This document shows positions 60,771 to 64,000 of a stretch of 64,000 nt of DNA, in pieces. Location: IMG/VR virus record IMGVR_UViG_3300027874_000010, positions 10,413 to 74,412 of that record; one strand, given 5' to 3'. Position 1 is the stretch's first letter, and every line of letters begins with the position of its first letter. Position numbers and translations under genes: made by a program. A model generated the notes under the pieces. It searched no databases. It worked only from the letters and a program-made list of their open reading frames with translations, and had not been told where the DNA came from. The stretch comes from a virus. Taxonomy: Duplodnaviria > Caudoviricetes.

Positions 60771-61028
60771 GTGTCCATCACTCAGCGCAAGCGCAAGCGA
60801 ATGCACCCGCTGCTGGCGAGCGCGCGCGCCTACTTCCGTCTGGCTGGCAAGGCGTGGCGGGCCGGCAACTCCGGCGAGGCCATCGCCTACACCGAGCAGG
60901 CCCGCCGCATTCAGGATCGCTACTACCGCGAGATGGAAGCCAAGGCCCGCCGCGAGGAGGGCGAGAAGAAGTACCGCAAGGAACTGGCGGCGAAGGTCGC
61001 CGCGCGCAAGGCGGCGGCCGGTGGCTGA
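60771..61028 (+). CDS. Basic helical hypothetical protein
   Basis: SD AAGGAG. Confidence 0.7.
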   Translation: MSITQRKRKRMHPLLASARAYFRLAGKAWRAGNSGEAIAYTEQARRIQDRYYREMEAKARREEGEKKYRKELAAKVAARKAAAGG

Positions 61029-61377
61029 GCGACGGCGCAGCTACCGCCGCTTCCCGCACCGCCGCTCGCGCTTCAAGCACACCGCCAATGGCGTCGAGTA
61101 CACGGTCGAGGTCACCAGCTACGACCGCGTGCTCTCGGGCGAGCGGGTGTTCATGGAGATGGTCATCGAGGGGCCAGACGGCTACAAGCGCGTGCTGCAC
61201 GGCGACTCGAAGATCCACCCGGTCATGGAGCGCATATGGGCCTCGCACGAGGGCGACCCCTGCACCGAGTGTGAGCACGAGCGACGTTTACATGGACACG
61301 CCAACACACACTTTCTGTATGGACCCTGCAAGACCGAGGGCTGTACGTGCTCGAACTTCAAGAGGGAGAAGAAGTGA
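61021..61377 (+). CDS. Hypothetical protein with C-terminal Cys/His cluster
   Basis: GTG 61021 in track ORF. Confidence 0.7.
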   Translation: MAERRRSYRRFPHRRSRFKHTANGVEYTVEVTSYDRVLSGERVFMEMVIEGPDGYKRVLHGDSKIHPVMERIWASHEGDPCTECEHERRLHGHANTHFLYGPCKTEGCTCSNFKREKK

Positions 61378-61586
61378 CCCAACTCAAGCGCTCGATCTTT
61401 GTCCGTTATCGGGACGGCTCGGGCTTCCAGTTCACACGCGGCGACGACGGCCAGTGGCTGGTGCACGTCACCACTGCCAGCGGCCCGCGTCAGATCCGCT
61501 GGCAGCGCAGCGACCTCGTTGACGACGCCTACGTCATCCAGGCCATCGCCCTGCCCAACGTGGAGCGTGTCGATCAGTTCGATTGA
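61374..61586 (+). CDS. Hypothetical protein
   Basis: GTGA overlap. Confidence 0.7.
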   Translation: MTQLKRSIFVRYRDGSGFQFTRGDDGQWLVHVTTASGPRQIRWQRSDLVDDAYVIQAIALPNVERVDQFD

Positions 61587-61590
61587 ATTG

Positions 61591-61619
61591 TTGCGAGTAT
61601 GTGCGTTCTCGTGTATTAT
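61591..61619 (+). promoter_or_regulatory. Sigma70-like promoter, repeated cassette family
   Basis: TTGCGA-17-TATTAT, GTGCG box, SD GGAAGGAGA. Confidence 0.7.
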
Positions 61620-61641
61620 GTCTGTGGAAGGAGAAGACAGA

Positions 61642-61848
61642 ATGACCACCACCACTCCCCGCTCGTGGAAGGCCGGCGTCAAGACCGCTGGCGACCGAAG
61701 TTGGGCCTACAACGCGCTTCGCTTCGCGACCAAAGCTGAGGCTGAGGCGTACGGGACTGACCTGGCGATGCGCTGGACGGCGGTTCGCGAAGTCGAGGCC
61801 CACCCGTCCGACGACGAACCCACTGACACCTGGCCGAGGAGCCGCTGA
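61642..61848 (+). CDS. Hypothetical protein
   Basis: Promoter + SD. Confidence 0.75.
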   Translation: MTTTTPRSWKAGVKTAGDRSWAYNALRFATKAEAEAYGTDLAMRWTAVREVEAHPSDDEPTDTWPRSR

Positions 61849-62204
61849 TGCGCTGCACACGTTGCGGTGCGGATCTGCCGTGGTTCGACCCACGCGACGA
61901 CCGTGTGACCGCTGATCTCTGCGACGACTGCGCGAATAACTTCTTTGCGGCAATGGCCGAAGAATTCCCCTACGGCCAGTGCCCGCAGTGCGGCGCGAAG
62001 TACCAAGCGTTCCAGTGCGAACTGGGCAAGCAGCACGTCGAAGCCTTCCACGCCGAGGGCGCGTGCTCGATGTGGCGTGACGGCGGCGAGGCCGTCGATG
62101 CAGCGGGAGTCGCGGCTGGCTTCTGCAGCTACGGGTGCCGACCCACCGTGAGCCGCGATGAAGTCTGGACCGTGCCAGCCGGCGCGGATGAGATGCCCTT
62201 CTAA
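61848..62204 (+). CDS. Multi-zinc-finger hypothetical protein
   Basis: TGATG overlap; several CxxC. Confidence 0.7.
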   Translation: MRCTRCGADLPWFDPRDDRVTADLCDDCANNFFAAMAEEFPYGQCPQCGAKYQAFQCELGKQHVEAFHAEGACSMWRDGGEAVDAAGVAAGFCSYGCRPTVSRDEVWTVPAGADEMPF

Positions 62205-62227
62205 GAGAGGAGAGGAGTGTTCAACAC

Positions 62228-62848
62228 ATGAGAGCGAGATTCGATGTCCATCAGGCCGAGCGAGAGGCCGCAGAAGTTGTCCAGCCCTCCGGGGTCAAGG
62301 TCTGGCGCGGCGAGGGCCGCGCGACCGGCAAGCCCTGGTTGAAGATGTGGATGCCGAAGGCCACCAAGCCGTTCGTCAACTACACGTTCCGGACGGTCGA
62401 GCAGCGCGAGGAGTACGCCTCGAACGTCATCGCCAACGTCACGGCCAATCAAGCGGCCAAGGCCGAGGCCCGTGAGAAGCGCAAGAACCCGAGCAATGCC
62501 GAGCGGGTCGAGGTCGGCACGGTGTTTGTCCACTCGTGGGGGTGGGAGCAAACGAACGTTGACTACTACGAGGTTGTCTCGAAGTCAGGCAGCTACGTCG
62601 AAGTGCGGCCCATCGCCTCCGAGGAAGTCCCAGGCACGCAGGGCTTCATGTCGGCCACAGTCAAGCCTGTCCCGGGCGCGTTCGTCACCAACAGTTTCCG
62701 GATGCGCAAGAACGACGGCTCCTACCGCCAGAGCTTGCGCAAAAAGGTCCAGTACACCGAGTCAGGCTCGGCGTACCTGAGCTTTGAGTACGGCTGGTGT
62801 GGGGTCAATCGCCCAGGCGAGCAACGCTACTCCAGTTGGTATGCGTGA
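62228..62848 (+). CDS. Conserved phage hypothetical protein (HSWGWEQTNVDYYEV)
   Basis: SD GGAG; track ORF. Confidence 0.85.
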   Translation: MRARFDVHQAEREAAEVVQPSGVKVWRGEGRATGKPWLKMWMPKATKPFVNYTFRTVEQREEYASNVIANVTANQAAKAEAREKRKNPSNAERVEVGTVFVHSWGWEQTNVDYYEVVSKSGSYVEVRPIASEEVPGTQGFMSATVKPVPGAFVTNSFRMRKNDGSYRQSLRKKVQYTESGSAYLSFEYGWCGVNRPGEQRYSSWYA

Positions 62849-63339
62849 AAAGCGACGAGTACCTCGCCGGCCTCTTTGACGGCGAGGGCACGTTCTCGAT
62901 TCAGGTCGGCCTGCGCTACTACCGGGCCGACGTGCCGAGCGCGTGGGTCAACCCGTCGATGGGCCTGAATCTGTACTACGGGACCGACGTGCTACGTCGC
63001 TACGTGGAGCGCTTCGGCGGACAGGTCTATCCCTACCAGAGGGGCGGTGCACCGCGTGGTGCCCGCTGGCACCTGGGACAGCGCGAGGCGCTGCTGGTCG
63101 CTGTAGACGCCCTGCTGCCGCATCTGGAAATCAAGCAGGCCATCGCCCAGGAGTTTCGGCGGGCACTACTGCTGATGCCACCTGACGGTCGTGGCCCCAA
63201 TCGACAAGCGGGCGGGCGAGTGTGGAGGGTCGAGCAAGTGCTGGCCGTTGCGGAGATTGCGCTCGGCTTGAACCCGCCTCGCGCTCGCAAGAGTAACAAG
63301 ACACTGGAATACATCGAGATTCTGAGGAGATCACTGTGA
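62845..63339 (+). CDS. Free-standing single-motif LAGLIDADG homing endonuclease
   Basis: YLAGLFDGEGTFSI...RFGG...LLPHLEIK. Confidence 0.88.
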   Translation: MKSDEYLAGLFDGEGTFSIQVGLRYYRADVPSAWVNPSMGLNLYYGTDVLRRYVERFGGQVYPYQRGGAPRGARWHLGQREALLVAVDALLPHLEIKQAIAQEFRRALLLMPPDGRGPNRQAGGRVWRVEQVLAVAEIALGLNPPRARKSNKTLEYIEILRRSL

Positions 63340-63548
63340 CCACCACGCCCATGTACCACCAAGACCTTCTCGAAGCAAACGACCTGGCGAAGGATGTCTA
63401 CGCGGCCGTCGAAGACGCCGAGATGTGCCGCTCGCGGGCACTGGTGGAGGCGGCGCTCGTCGCCGTCGCCCGACTCAAGGCGAAGCTCGACCTGACGCTG
63501 GTGCATATGGACGTGGAGGGGAACCATGCCGAGACGACCACGTTGTAG
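63336..63548 (+). CDS. Hypothetical protein
   Basis: GTGA overlap, SD GAGGAG. Confidence 0.7.
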   Translation: MTTTPMYHQDLLEANDLAKDVYAAVEDAEMCRSRALVEAALVAVARLKAKLDLTLVHMDVEGNHAETTTL

Positions 63549-63885
63549 CTGCGGCGATCTGTTTTCCGAGCACGACTGGCACTCGCAGAACACCAGAGTG
63601 TGCGACCCGTGTCGTGGGCCGGTGTGCGCGGCGCTGATGCGCGCGCCGCATCGCGAAGATCCGTGCGAGACGTACTCACAGGAAGGCTACGAGTACGTGC
63701 CGCTGCGCCAGATCCTGCCAGCCTACGGGCTGACGCCTGCCGACGTGGGGCTGACAGCAGAGCATCCGAAGAAAGCGGCGTATTGTCGGCGCGGCCTGCA
63801 TCTGCGCTGCCTGGGCCTGATGCCGGATCGCAGCGCGTGCGAATGTGCCTGCCACGCTCCCGACAGGGAGGGCGCGCATGACTAG
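63526..63885 (+). CDS. Cys/His-rich hypothetical protein
   Basis: Track ORF. Confidence 0.65.
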   Translation: MPRRPRCSCGDLFSEHDWHSQNTRVCDPCRGPVCAALMRAPHREDPCETYSQEGYEYVPLRQILPAYGLTPADVGLTAEHPKKAAYCRRGLHLRCLGLMPDRSACECACHAPDREGAHD

Positions 63886-64000
63886 ATCGACAGGGGCGCG
63901 CGCGGCGCAACGAATCCGCTGCGGCAAGTGCGGCTCGCCCGGGCGATGGGGTGAAGCGTTCTTTTTTTGCGGCGCGACCTCCACCGAGAGCGAAAAGGGT

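Noticed and set aside
1-64000. Prophage integration signals (integrase, att sites, host flanks)
   Set aside because: None recognisable; lifestyle cannot be determined from this window

Overview
High-GC (about two-thirds G+C) tailed-phage (Caudoviricetes) DNA; no host chromosomal genes, integrase, major capsid, prohead protease or tape measure are recognisable in the window. Minus-strand virion/lysis blocks are terS-terL-portal (6.1 kb to the left edge), tail fibres, GH25 endolysin and Rpf (14.8-29.4 kb), and a head-cargo block (30.9-42.4 kb). They alternate with plus-strand arrays of small early-type genes (6.3-14.8 kb, 42.5-64 kb) driven by a repeated sigma70-like promoter cassette. Standout feature: a 2892-aa polyprotein of nine ~320-aa modules (7 R-S-E-type ADP-ribosyltransferase-like, 2 HExxH metallopeptidase). 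Each module is introduced by the same K-[ADE]-[YF]-D-x-x-[QE]-[PA]-R-D-x-x-G-R-W tag. Variants of the tag also head a GNAT domain, a ParB-like domain, a third peptidase, and a zeta-toxin-like kinase fused (with an Acb1-like 2H phosphoesterase) to the portal protein. I infer a tag-addressed, protease-processed virion effector system. Also present: seven dispersed GATAAC-NN-GTTATC palindromes, three tRNAs plus a tRNA 5' half, two endonuclease genes whose stop codon is the U8-A9-G10 of the following tRNA, and two candidate structured ncRNAs. All domain calls come from visual motif recognition, not database searches.
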